A stretch of DNA of 58,144 nucleotides from a virus: the IMG/VR virus record IMGVR_UViG_3300034003_000001, positions 1 through 58,144 of that record; one strand, written 5' to 3'. The position numbers were made by a program, and so were the translations under genes. Below the pieces are notes generated by a model. The model ran no database searches, was not told the DNA's origin, and saw only the letters and a program-made list of their open reading frames with translations. Shown in pieces: positions 17,337 through 26,516 of the stretch. Within the stretch, counting starts at the first letter, position 1; each line of letters opens with the position of its first letter.

Positions 17337-17386
17337 TACAAGGCCCTACAAGGCCCTACAAGGCCCTACAAGGCCCTACAAGGCCA
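17337..17386. repeat. Intergenic tandem repeat, 10 bp x 5 (tacaaggccc)
   Basis: Read directly: four perfect units plus a fifth with one change. It lies between portal stop 17431 and the next start at 17315. Confidence 0.95.
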
Positions 17387-17400
17387 TTAGACGTTCTACA

Positions 17401-17417
17401 ATGCCCCACGTTGGGCG
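17401..17417 (-). repeat. Dispersed 17-nt motif copy 2 (ATGCCCCACGTTGGGCG)
   Basis: Exact match to 6725..6741. It is intergenic, 14 nt from the 10-bp tandem repeat. Confidence 0.8.
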
Positions 17418-17430
17418 TTACTACGTTCCG

Positions 17431-19380
17431 TTACCCTCGATTGCCCGATGTTGCACCCCGGCCTTGCTCGTTGCTCACGTTGCCGGCAAACGCAAGGGCG
17501 TTACCGTCCGCGCCCGTGTCCCCGGCGTCGTTGCCCGCGTCATTAGGACCGCCGGAGCGGTTGGCAGGGTCCGACTCCCCCGCCGCGCCGGGGTTGGGGT
17601 TGAAACCGCCGCCCGCGTTGAGTGCGCCCAATAGCTGATTACCAAAGTCGGCTTGGTTTTCGGCTCTTTCCTCCGCCCACTTGTCAATCTGCTTTTGGGT
17701 ATAGCCCGCCTCGATTTGCACCTGCTCGACGGGGATTTGCAGGCCGTCTTTTTTGGCGGTAAGGGCGTTTGCCTTTGCCAATTCCTCATTCCACTTGGTA
17801 AGCTCGGATTTGGGTACTAAGGGCCGCACAACGAGCGTATGGTTGAGCTTGCCCGCGTCGTACGAGTCGAGGTTGAACGGCAAAAAGCGTTTATGGGCGG
17901 GCGTAAGCATATCGGGCGTACCCCAACCACGTAACTTGCCCTCGTTGGCCCGGAAACCCCCGACTGCAACCAGTTTATGATGCAATTCTATCATGGTCCG
18001 GTAGTACATGCCGCACGCACTCTGGTACATGGGGTCAACATCCCCAACAAGGCCCTCGATTGCGGGGCCGGTTGTACTGGACATCGTGCGAATAGCCTCG
18101 ATGTACGTTAGTTCGGGGCGGTCCTGGTTGACTTCATCGATGAGCAGGCGCACAACGTCCATACCCGGCCCTATCTCAAACTGGGGAGTTTCAAAGCCAT
18201 CCCCCGGATTCATACGGATGACCTTGTGGCGTTCCCGCCGCGCCCGGCGCAAATCACGCGCATTCCCGGCCCGACCCCGGTAATGGTCCGTATTGCCGTT
18301 GTCCCCGTACATGATTTGGCGGCGCGCCTCGTCCGTCAACGGCTTGATGCTATTTTCCGTCTTGACACCCATAGGTGTATTTATGATCTTGTCGATTTGG
18401 TCCGCGATTTGGGTCACGAGGGCGTTTACCCCATCGATCTTGCCGAGCGTGCCCCACATTACGGGCAAACCCCACTTGCCGCCCAATGTAAATTGCGTCC
18501 ACCAACCACCGGGACAAAACGTGTAAGGATGCGGGCGCACGGCCATTTCCCCTGCCTCAACATCGTTTACAAAGTCCCAAAGCACGCCGTTTCGGAACGT
18601 TTGGATGCTCGACCCGTCCACCTGTCGGGAATACCAGTAGCGGTCAAGCACGACGGGCGTCGAGTTTGCAGGGGTATTGGGATCGTAAACCGTAACCTCG
18701 TACCCCACTCGAAACATTTTGAGGTTACGCATGTTGTCGATTACGACATCCTCAACGTCCCGCGCCTCCCAGTTTTTGTAATAGACTTTGCGGCGGCGCA
18801 CGTCGTCCACGATCTCTGTAAGGGCGTTCCCGTGCTTGCCCGTAAGTCTAACAACCAAGTCTTTGCCGGATTGCCAACCGGACCATTGCCAACCTTGCGA
18901 TATGGCGGCGGCAAGTGCGGGGTCTGTATCTTCGGCAAGAGGCACGGCGGGCAACTGCTTGTTGGGCAAGGGACGGCCATCCTCCGTAAGCAGGCCGGGG
19001 AATATCTTACCAACATACCACTCGACAACCCGCTTGGTTGGGTTGATCTTGGGCAAGATAGTTTCCGGTAGCTCGTACTGCTCTATGTACCCGGCCCAAA
19101 GTTCGGGGTCCTCGAATATCGTATTGGCATAATACGCGTCATACAAGTCATAGAACGCCTGCCGCTCCATATGAGCACTTGACGGCCCCGCAATAGGCCC
19201 GCCCGCCCCGGTCCCGGAGGCCCCGCTTGTCCCGCCGCCACCCGGCTCATCCGTCGAGGTCCCAACGCCAACCCCCGCCGCCGCGCCTGAATCGTTGCCA
19301 TTGCTACTACCCAAGTTGCGGGATGGGCCGTCCATTAGGCCACGCAAGAACCGCGTTGCTCGATTTACCCATAGGCTCAT
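17431..19380 (-). CDS. Portal protein
   Basis: The track ORF begins at 19497, but ATG 19380 (MSLWVNRATRF...) has a GGAGG 7 nt upstream. About 649 aa, between the large terminase and the head morphogenesis genes. The call is by size and position. Confidence 0.65.
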   Translation of the reverse strand: MSLWVNRATRFLRGLMDGPSRNLGSSNGNDSGAAAGVGVGTSTDEPGGGGTSGASGTGAGGPIAGPSSAHMERQAFYDLYDAYYANTIFEDPELWAGYIEQYELPETILPKINPTKRVVEWYVGKIFPGLLTEDGRPLPNKQLPAVPLAEDTDPALAAAISQGWQWSGWQSGKDLVVRLTGKHGNALTEIVDDVRRRKVYYKNWEARDVEDVVIDNMRNLKMFRVGYEVTVYDPNTPANSTPVVLDRYWYSRQVDGSSIQTFRNGVLWDFVNDVEAGEMAVRPHPYTFCPGGWWTQFTLGGKWGLPVMWGTLGKIDGVNALVTQIADQIDKIINTPMGVKTENSIKPLTDEARRQIMYGDNGNTDHYRGRAGNARDLRRARRERHKVIRMNPGDGFETPQFEIGPGMDVVRLLIDEVNQDRPELTYIEAIRTMSSTTGPAIEGLVGDVDPMYQSACGMYYRTMIELHHKLVAVGGFRANEGKLRGWGTPDMLTPAHKRFLPFNLDSYDAGKLNHTLVVRPLVPKSELTKWNEELAKANALTAKKDGLQIPVEQVQIEAGYTQKQIDKWAEERAENQADFGNQLLGALNAGGGFNPNPGAAGESDPANRSGGPNDAGNDAGDTGADGNALAFAGNVSNEQGRGATSGNRG

Positions 19381-19620
19381 TGTCCGGCCTCCGTTTGAAT
19401 GTCCCCGCTTATAGATAATAGCACAACCTAACCTTGATATTGGCCCGGATGTATTGTGTGCCTCCGCCTGCAACGCCTGCATAACCAGATTTGACACACT
19501 CCAACGCTATAGTCCCACTTTAGAAACAACCAGCTTTCCCGGTGTCCCAACCAGCAAGACAACCATCCCTTGAATGCGTGCATATGACCCTCCGACGCGT
19601 ATTGGCAAGCGCGTGGCAAT

Positions 19621-19842
19621 TCATGTGCCTGCCTCATGGACGGGCCTTCTTTTTATCTGTTGCGCGTTACTCGTAGTCCTAAACTGCCAGCCATACCCGT
19701 CGTAGCGGTAAGCCCCACAACCCCTGCATTCATCCATAGGTGGCAGATAGCCCAATGTCCGGCGATAGTATGTCCGCAGTAACTTCTTACCGCAGAACTG
19801 GCACACCCTATAGGGTTGATACCATTTGCCCTTGCTCACCAT
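19621..19842 (-). CDS. Small zinc-ribbon protein
   Basis: 73 aa with CQFCGKK...CRGCG, two CxxC pairs. Its start overlaps the stop of the large terminase gene. Confidence 0.55.
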   Translation of the reverse strand: MVSKGKWYQPYRVCQFCGKKLLRTYYRRTLGYLPPMDECRGCGAYRYDGYGWQFRTTSNAQQIKRRPVHEAGT

Positions 19843-21368
19843 TACCTCCGGTTTATCATATACTCGACCTCATCAAACACGTCATCCCCGGCCTCTTGGT
19901 TCACGTCCGCCCCGTCGAGATATGCAACCATGTATCGGGCCGTGTCGAGGCTGTGATTGTCCCGGTCAACCGGGGTTTCAGGCGCGTTCTTACGCACACT
20001 CAACAATTCTTGTGGGCGATCATCCCAAATGTACGCCTCGATTTCCTCTTGGAAGCCAATCGGAGACTTGATTGCCTCCATCTTGGCGTCCCTATAGCGC
20101 AAGGCGTCCGCAAACACAAAGAACCGGGGCCGCCCATCTCCAGCGGGGCGTAACCTCGACTGGACCTTTTGGATGCCGATCTTGATTTTCTTTTTGGCGG
20201 CAACCGTCCTTATACCAAGATGCTTTTCGAGCGTTGCGCGCCCCTCCGCGTCATGGTCCGCTATGTTGGCGGCGTATATCTCCGGCCCACTGTACTGCTT
20301 TATGGTTGCGGCCCAATCCTCAACCAACCGCTCGACGCCCACGACCTCTTTATACAGGTATAGCCGTCCGTCCGGGTCCTCCGCGTACCACTGGCAAACA
20401 AAGGGGTTGGTATACCCAAAGTCAAACACCCTGTATCGACGCCAACCGTAAGGGATATTGAACGGCATAATAACGTGGCGGCGCGGGTCCCATTCCGTGT
20501 AAACCAACCCCTCCGCCGCAACCCAACGCCCGTACCGTAGCCGCTCTTTACGCACGCCCGTAAGCCGCTCAAGCACGCCCAAGACGTAACGCACGCCCTC
20601 CGCCGTCCACCATCCAAGTCGAGTGCCCCGGCAATTGGGGCAAACAATCCATTGGCTCTTATCGGCAGATAGCACGTAACCCGGATAGGGGTTACGCTTG
20701 GCTTTCCGGCAATCCCGGCATTCAGCGTGGCGGTCATAAAGAACGGGGTTGTCCTCATGCCGCGACTCCAGCATCCGCAAGTCCCCGCGTTCCGCACGTT
20801 GTTTGAGCCAATGTTTAGGCGGGCCGGGGTTGCAGTCCCCGATTACCTGCTGGTAAGGCATGACGTTGTTGCGATTGCGGGATGTAAGAGCCTCGTAATC
20901 GCTTACGGTTAGTTCCGTGGCCTCGTTGACATAGATAATGTCAAACTCCGTGCCCATTATCCGGCTGTTTGTTTCCATGCCGCCCACGATGATAACGGAC
21001 CCATTGGGGTAGCGATACTCGAAATCGGACCCGTGAAAGATCACGTTGGTACGCGCGGGTAGCACCTTTTTCTCGAACGTGACCATGGCCGATTGCCGGA
21101 TGGACCGCATCGTTTTGCGGACAATGGCCCCACGCATCCCCGGATACTTGGACGCGCATATATGCAACTTTTCCAGGTTGCCCCTCGACTTGCCGGTACC
21201 CGCCGGACCCGCAAGTATTACCTCCGGGTCCTTTGCGTAAAGGAGTGTTTCAGCGGCCCCAAGAGGCGTATAGAGGCGTTGAGCGGCAAGAGGGGCCTCC
21301 GCTTGGGGCTTGGACCCAACCATACTCACTTGCCGCTGTGGTGCGATCGTAGAGGTTTTCAGGGGCAT
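19842..21368 (-). CDS. Terminase large subunit
   Basis: 508 aa. It has a Walker A (LAGPAGTGKS), a Walker B-like stretch (FDIIYVNEATE), the RYGRWVAAEGLVY linker and nuclease-domain motifs (VFDFGYTNPFVCQWYAEDPDGRLYLYKE...DNHSLDTARYM). It carries an inserted CxxC...CxxC element. Confidence 0.85.
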   Translation of the reverse strand: MPLKTSTIAPQRQVSMVGSKPQAEAPLAAQRLYTPLGAAETLLYAKDPEVILAGPAGTGKSRGNLEKLHICASKYPGMRGAIVRKTMRSIRQSAMVTFEKKVLPARTNVIFHGSDFEYRYPNGSVIIVGGMETNSRIMGTEFDIIYVNEATELTVSDYEALTSRNRNNVMPYQQVIGDCNPGPPKHWLKQRAERGDLRMLESRHEDNPVLYDRHAECRDCRKAKRNPYPGYVLSADKSQWIVCPNCRGTRLGWWTAEGVRYVLGVLERLTGVRKERLRYGRWVAAEGLVYTEWDPRRHVIMPFNIPYGWRRYRVFDFGYTNPFVCQWYAEDPDGRLYLYKEVVGVERLVEDWAATIKQYSGPEIYAANIADHDAEGRATLEKHLGIRTVAAKKKIKIGIQKVQSRLRPAGDGRPRFFVFADALRYRDAKMEAIKSPIGFQEEIEAYIWDDRPQELLSVRKNAPETPVDRDNHSLDTARYMVAYLDGADVNQEAGDDVFDEVEYMINRR

Positions 21369-21386
21369 TGTGGGGCCGTTCTAATC

Positions 21387-21419
21387 GTGCTAGCTGTGCT
21401 AGCTGTGCTAGCTGTGCTA
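21387..21419. repeat. Intergenic tandem repeat, 9 bp x 3.6 (gtgctagct)
   Basis: Read directly. It lies immediately upstream of the large terminase start (21368) and overlaps the stop of the preceding small ORF. Confidence 0.9.
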
Positions 21420-21614
21420 AGGTTGAGGCGTTGGGTACACCCACGGGATGTGCCGGGTAAACTCCTTAACAAAGGCATGATAACCGCACGCCTCACATTC
21501 AACCACGGCGGCATTACCATCCCCTATGGCTATACCCCGCCCGCCGCACTTGGGGCACTTGAGCTTTTCGGGCGTGGGGTCCATGCACCCACAAGGGCAA
21601 CGGGACTCGTCCAT
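21417..21614 (-). CDS. Small zinc-ribbon protein
   Basis: 65 aa with CPCGC...CPKCGG...CEACG. Confidence 0.5.
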   Translation of the reverse strand: MDESRCPCGCMDPTPEKLKCPKCGGRGIAIGDGNAAVVECEACGYHAFVKEFTRHIPWVYPTPQP

Positions 21615-21824
21615 CTAATGCTCGTTTGCCGCGGCGTCGAGGGTTGGCACTATTCCAAGTAAGAGGGCGCGGAGGTATATAACCTTCCGGACCTCCGATA
21701 ACACGCTTACCTTTTGAGCGGTTGTAAGCCCTCCATTGTCGTACTCATCCCAAAGTTGCCCCTCCAAATGGTTGAGCTTGGTAATCTCATCTGCAACCGC
21801 ATCTTGCCTCTTAGTCTCATCCAT
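21615..21824 (-). CDS. Hypothetical protein
   Basis: 69-aa ORF with a CGATGGAGGG leader upstream. It abuts the next ORF. Confidence 0.5.
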   Translation of the reverse strand: MDETKRQDAVADEITKLNHLEGQLWDEYDNGGLTTAQKVSVLSEVRKVIYLRALLLGIVPTLDAAANEH

Positions 21825-21951
21825 CGCTGTATCCCTCCATCGTTGTTGAACGGGTCAAAACATTATCACAATGATAGCACAAACATGGGGCACCACGAGG
21901 CCTAATAACAGGCCCGTAAATATGCAGGCTTGGGGATGCATATCCTGTTCT

Positions 21952-22242
21952 TTAGATTTCCCCAAGCTCGACCCCAACCCACGCCGCCCGGCGTTCCATG
22001 TAGTAGGCTATCATCCTACCCAACCCATCTCCGTCTAAGATAGAACGGAGCCTTTCATTGGTTGTAGAATTATACAGCCGACGCAATCTACTCTCCGCCT
22101 CAACAACCCGCCCAAGCTCATTGCCGTATTCACCCCGCCCATCGAGGCGCGGCATGGGCAACCCGTAAAGTTCGGGGTTGAGCGTTACGAGGGCGGGGTT
22201 TATAGCGTGTACTTCGGCTATGGTTTCAGCATCTTTGTGCAT
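21952..22242 (-). CDS. Hypothetical protein
   Basis: 96-aa ORF downstream of the small terminase gene. Confidence 0.55.
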   Translation of the reverse strand: MHKDAETIAEVHAINPALVTLNPELYGLPMPRLDGRGEYGNELGRVVEAESRLRRLYNSTTNERLRSILDGDGLGRMIAYYMERRAAWVGVELGEI

Positions 22243-22259
22243 TGTGCATGGTTAGACCG

Positions 22260-22751
22260 TTATACCCTATCCAAATCGACTTGGGCATATAGCTTGACCA
22301 TCTCAAGAGAAACGGTTACATGCTTATCCGGAGCGTCGAACCCAAAGATTTTACAGCGGCGGTCAATGCACCACGAAACTTGTTGCAACCAACGCGGATC
22401 CCCAACGGGCTTATCGACGGACTCCGTCTTGGTTGAGTTTATAGGCCCCATACGACCCGCGCCCGTTTCAACCGTAACCTTTTCCTGCCGTTCGCACGAC
22501 TCCCAAAACTTTTGCCAAGCTATTTGCTCGATGTTTTCAATCTTGGCAAGCTCGATGCTCATACGCTCGTTGAAATCGTGGATGGTGGATTCGAGCCACA
22601 TTTCCCGGATTGCGGCCAAATCCTCCGCTATGGTTTCACGATTGCGGCCCAATTCGGAGGCCATAAAGACCTGAGTTTTGCCCTCCAAATACCAAGTTGC
22701 TATCTTGGCTCTATCGGCAAGGCGGGTTTGTCCATCACGCGGGGCGGCCAT
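22260..22751 (-). CDS. Terminase small subunit
   Basis: 163 aa. An N-terminal HTH-like segment (KTQVFMASELGRNRETIAEDLAAI) is followed by ELAKIENIEQIAWQKFWES...GDPRWLQQVSWCIDRRCKIFGFDAP, typical of small terminases. It lies upstream of the large subunit. Confidence 0.7.
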   Translation of the reverse strand: MAAPRDGQTRLADRAKIATWYLEGKTQVFMASELGRNRETIAEDLAAIREMWLESTIHDFNERMSIELAKIENIEQIAWQKFWESCERQEKVTVETGAGRMGPINSTKTESVDKPVGDPRWLQQVSWCIDRRCKIFGFDAPDKHVTVSLEMVKLYAQVDLDRV

Positions 22752-22760
22752 GTTGGACTC

Positions 22761-23510
22761 CTATTCCTGTCGGGGATTCGGCGTTTCCGGCGTTTCTGTG
22801 GCGTTCTGCTCTTGTTGCGCCGCACGTTCCCGGATGGCTTGGGCGGTTTCGCGCCAACGCTCTTGCGTTTCCTTTATAGCGTCGAGCTTGGCAAACGCCG
22901 CCTCAATTTCGCGCTCCGCCTCGTTGGACCGCTCGATTTCCTCCGTGGTTGGTTCCGGGGTTACAGGTTCCGCGTCCGGCAAGTAGTCGTAACGGAGGGG
23001 TCGGGGCCTTACCTCCAACGCCTTAGTGTCCGTACGGTCATACACTAATGGCGGTTCTGCCGATCCACGCTCCCAAATCCCATACCCAAATTCACGGTTC
23101 CAGTTCATGCGGACCCCAAACGGGACCCCACCCTCATCATCGACTAAGGCAAAGTCCCAGTACCTATTGACCTTTGCCTTTTCCGTGCCCGGCGTCTTTT
23201 CCAACTCTATCCCCCAGAACATTTCGCTTGCTTGGGCGTCAAAGACTGTATGCCGCTCGACCTTTACCACGCCGTACGCGTCCCGCTCAACCGTAAGCAC
23301 TTCGGGCAATCGCGGTAATCGTTGGAACTGCTTACGCACTATAGCCCGTTGGGTTTCCGGGTCATTCTTTAGAATATCGAGGATGGCGCGTCGAGCCGTG
23401 GCGTCTAAGTCCCCGGCGGCGGGCCCGCCCCATCCGGGGTTGCCGCCCGCCGCCCGGAGGTAATGTGTATGGTTGAGGTCTTGGTTGATTGGATCGTTGC
23501 TCGTTGCCAT
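22761..23510 (-). CDS. Hypothetical protein (last gene of the early/middle block)
   Basis: 249-aa ORF with an AACAATGGAGG leader and an acidic coiled-coil C-terminus. Confidence 0.65.
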   Translation of the reverse strand: MATSNDPINQDLNHTHYLRAAGGNPGWGGPAAGDLDATARRAILDILKNDPETQRAIVRKQFQRLPRLPEVLTVERDAYGVVKVERHTVFDAQASEMFWGIELEKTPGTEKAKVNRYWDFALVDDEGGVPFGVRMNWNREFGYGIWERGSAEPPLVYDRTDTKALEVRPRPLRYDYLPDAEPVTPEPTTEEIERSNEAEREIEAAFAKLDAIKETQERWRETAQAIRERAAQQEQNATETPETPNPRQE

Positions 23511-23639
23511 TGGTTCTTACCTCCATTGTTATTGGAACTTCCACAACAAGTGGCCTGCTCTTGGGCGGTGTGGGCGCAACACCCGGCGCGGACTCGATTG
23601 CAACGCGCATGATAAGCCGGAGGTCCGGGGCTACTGGCA

Positions 23640-24062
23640 TTAGTCCGCCCCTCCGCCGCCTCGACCCGCGCCGCTTAACCCGCCGTAAACGCCCGCCCCG
23701 CCCTTGCCGGACGCCTCAACGTCCCAACCACCGGACGACGCCCCGCCGCCCGTTGTGTGGCCTTGTAGGGCCTCTTGACTTACCAGCACGTCCGGGGCAA
23801 GGGGTCGCACAGCCGGAGGCGCAACGCCCCGCGCCTCAGCATTTCCAAGCAGGCGGGCGCACGTATCGCAGTAGGGCACGCCGTCCGGCACGGATGCCAG
23901 CGTTTGACCAACCAACTGCCCAAGACGGTTGGCGTTGGTCAACTCACTTTGGCGGCACAAACTTTTCATAGGCCCGCCCGCCTCCGGGATGTAATAGTGC
24001 ATCCCGTTATGGGTGTCCACCGTCGAGTACCAACCGTGTCGATATTGCCCTTTGCCTGGCAT
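23640..24062 (-). CDS. Hypothetical protein (Gly-rich C-terminus)
   Basis: 140-aa ORF coupled by a TAATG overlap to the upstream gene. Confidence 0.6.
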   Translation of the reverse strand: MPGKGQYRHGWYSTVDTHNGMHYYIPEAGGPMKSLCRQSELTNANRLGQLVGQTLASVPDGVPYCDTCARLLGNAEARGVAPPAVRPLAPDVLVSQEALQGHTTGGGASSGGWDVEASGKGGAGVYGGLSGAGRGGGGAD

Positions 24063-24655
24063 TATTCCAACCCTCCATTACCCCCGGTCCCTTGTCCGGG
24101 GACCCGCCGCCGCTCAAATTCCCACCGGGCGTACTCTTGCCGCGCCTCCGGGGTTGATAAGTCCGGGACCTGCTCGACCTTGACGCCGCCCGCCCGCCGC
24201 ACCAAGTATTCCCAATCGGACTCCAACATGGGCGTAATCTCATCAAGGTAAACGAGGGGCGGCACGGGGTCCGGGCGGAACGCCTGCATTGCATCCGATA
24301 CGCCCGCTTCCTTTGACGCTTGGGTTTCTGCCAACTTACCAAGCGTATAGTTCACCACGTCCGCCCGATTATGGCCCTGCATAGAGTATAACGAGTCCTC
24401 TTGAGGCGGCACAACCTTGCCCTCCGGCACGTTCCCCGCCCCATGCTTGCCTCCGGGGTCCGTAAAGTCCGTTTCATCGTTGCCCCAAGCAGGCGGGGTT
24501 GCAGGGTCCCCGCTCTTATCACGGCAAAACGGACATTCCGCCGCGTCGATGTACTCAACCGTCTTGGGCCCGGCGCACCTACATTGTGCAATCACGGTGC
24601 TACAACCCCGGCAAACCTCTTTGAAATGCCCCGCATAACGATTACTAAAGCTCAT
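24062..24655 (-). CDS. Hypothetical Cys-rich protein
   Basis: 197 aa. The N-terminus, CRGCSTVIAQCRC...CPFC, looks like a zinc-binding module. Confidence 0.6.
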   Translation of the reverse strand: MSFSNRYAGHFKEVCRGCSTVIAQCRCAGPKTVEYIDAAECPFCRDKSGDPATPPAWGNDETDFTDPGGKHGAGNVPEGKVVPPQEDSLYSMQGHNRADVVNYTLGKLAETQASKEAGVSDAMQAFRPDPVPPLVYLDEITPMLESDWEYLVRRAGGVKVEQVPDLSTPEARQEYARWEFERRRVPGQGTGGNGGLE

Positions 24656-26516
24656 TGCTCAACTCCCCCATTGTGAATAAGGACGCCTGAATTACCGGGG
24701 CCCCGCCCTTTTTCTTACTCTTGGACTTCGCCTGCTTTACCCCGGCAGGCTTTGTCTCGACGCCCAACCCCTCAATTGCCAGTTGGCGCGGGGCTAACCG
24801 CAACCGCTCGACATTAGCCTCCGCGTGGGCAATACGGGCAAGTGCGATTTCCATGTACCCCGCCGGACTGCCGTCGTTAGCCGTATCGAGGTCGCAACCC
24901 GCGTACTCAAAACCCTCCAACACGGCGGCAACCAACGTTGTGCCGCTACCGAAGAACGGGTCGAGCACCACGGGCGTATAGTCCGCAGTTTTGGGCGGGG
25001 TCACAAGGCGTACAAGGTGCCTCATAAGGGCGACTGGTTTGACCGTGCTATGATGATTCTTGGTTGGCAAGGTTGCGAACCGCTCTTGGGCCTCTGTAAC
25101 CTTGCCGCCGTGCCGCTCGTTACGATCCTCAACCCACGCGCCCGGCTTTTCCGGTAGATCGTCCAACCCCTCGTTGCGTTCACTCTTGGACGCTTTGGCC
25201 GCGTAATAGAAGGGAACCAATGGGGCCAATAGCTCAACCCCGTCAAGTTCGGGGTCCCAACCAAACACGTTGTAATACCGCGACGCCCCGCCCGTATCGC
25301 TATATTGAGGCGTAACGATGCCTCCATTACCGTAACCGTCATCCCCAAACCCGTAACCTGTTTTGCCTTGCCTATTGACTCTCCCGTTTGAGGGACCTTG
25401 CCCGCTTTGCCCGTCCAACTCCGCTACTGGACAGCCTTCGCAACATTGCCACGCCTCGACGGTTTCTGTGCCATCCCCATTGCCGGGTATAGTCATACGC
25501 TCAACACCCCTGCCCCCGCTATATATGCCGTTTTGCCCCCACTTCCCAGTAGAATCCGCAGGCACATCGTTTGCCCGGTTGGAAACTACTTGACGCCATC
25601 CCAACTGGACACAATCGGGGCTGTGTTGAAGCAGGAAATTTGCAGGCCAACGGCCTTTGCTATTATCCTCTGGTGTACGCTCCGAAATACCGCCCTCAAA
25701 CAAGGCCCCGCGCCCGGTATTGCCGCCCGTTGTCTTGACGCCACCGTTGAGGTCCACCCTACAACCGCCGATATTCAATCCGCCCGTGCCCCATTTGCGG
25801 ACGTTCTCGACAATGGTAAACCCGGCCTCCAACGGCTTTTGTGCTACTATTATTATCTCATGCGCGGGTTTTAATGCACTCCCGTACCCGGCATAGCGGC
25901 GGGCAAGTTCCGTGGTTGGCTCTAACTCCAGCGTGCCATGCGACAAGTACGAGCCGGGCCGCGTGCCTTGCTGGTAGTTCTGCTCGACGTACCCATTGGA
26001 TCGTTGACCCTCTTGGGGCGGGGTCAACTTGCCCTTTAGCTTGTGGAAATCATTCCAGGACGATGTGCCGTGCGTTTCCAAAAGCTCAAGGCCCTTCGCA
26101 ATGTCATAGTTTTTTGGAAAGCCGCTCGCGTACGTCCAGTGTATAGTATCCCGGATGCGAAACCCCGCAAGCCGAAGCGCAATGCCCATAAGGTCCACCG
26201 TCCGCGTGCCCGCGAACACAAGCGCGTACCCGCCCGGTTTCAGCACCCGAAAGACCTCACGCCACGTAGCGGGACCGGGTACGAAGCTATCCCATTTACG
26301 CCCCATGAATCCATTTTGTGACTTGATTAGCTTACCGCCCCCCGCCAACCAATGCGTAAGGACCTCGACAATATCCGGGTCTTTGCTCAACCCGTAAGGC
26401 GGGTCCGTAACAACCGCGTCAATGCTGTTTTCCGCAAACATAGCAGGCACTAAGTCAATAGCATCCCCCCGGCACACCCGCCTTTTCTTTGTTGCCCCAA
26501 TTGACCCCGTTTCCAT
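24645..26516 (-). CDS. DNA methyltransferase (beta-class N6-adenine or N4-cytosine, no cognate restriction enzyme)
   Basis: Start moved to ATG 26516 (METGSIG...), after the GGAGG of the leader. Motif IV (VVTDPPYGL) is near the N-terminus and motif I (LDPFFGSGTTLVAA) near the C-terminus, the beta-class order of PF01555. The middle region contains GRWPANFLL and CCEGCPVAELDGQSG. Confidence 0.85.
   Translation of the reverse strand: METGSIGATKKRRVCRGDAIDLVPAMFAENSIDAVVTDPPYGLSKDPDIVEVLTHWLAGGGKLIKSQNGFMGRKWDSFVPGPATWREVFRVLKPGGYALVFAGTRTVDLMGIALRLAGFRIRDTIHWTYASGFPKNYDIAKGLELLETHGTSSWNDFHKLKGKLTPPQEGQRSNGYVEQNYQQGTRPGSYLSHGTLELEPTTELARRYAGYGSALKPAHEIIIVAQKPLEAGFTIVENVRKWGTGGLNIGGCRVDLNGGVKTTGGNTGRGALFEGGISERTPEDNSKGRWPANFLLQHSPDCVQLGWRQVVSNRANDVPADSTGKWGQNGIYSGGRGVERMTIPGNGDGTETVEAWQCCEGCPVAELDGQSGQGPSNGRVNRQGKTGYGFGDDGYGNGGIVTPQYSDTGGASRYYNVFGWDPELDGVELLAPLVPFYYAAKASKSERNEGLDDLPEKPGAWVEDRNERHGGKVTEAQERFATLPTKNHHSTVKPVALMRHLVRLVTPPKTADYTPVVLDPFFGSGTTLVAAVLEGFEYAGCDLDTANDGSPAGYMEIALARIAHAEANVERLRLAPRQLAIEGLGVETKPAGVKQAKSKSKKKGGAPVIQASLFTMGELSNEL

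Noticed and set aside
17337-17386. The tandem repeats at 10813, 17337, 21387 and 35241 as possible CRISPR arrays.
   Set aside because: The units are 9-14 bp and directly adjacent with no spacers. No cas genes are present.
6203-19071. Long plus-strand ORFs opposite structural genes: 6203..6865 (220 aa), 8873..9667 (264 aa), 10735..11619 (294 aa) and 18226..19071 (281 aa).
   Set aside because: All are Arg/Gly/Pro-rich shadow ORFs, fully contained within well-supported minus-strand genes that have GGAGG sites and recognisable motifs.
23362-23640. The 92-aa minus ORF between 23640..24062 and 22761..23510.
   Set aside because: Its 3' 150 nt overlap the well-supported 249-aa gene, which has its own AACAATGGAGG leader. 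The translation becomes Arg/Pro/Gly-rich. At most, a very short peptide could be real.
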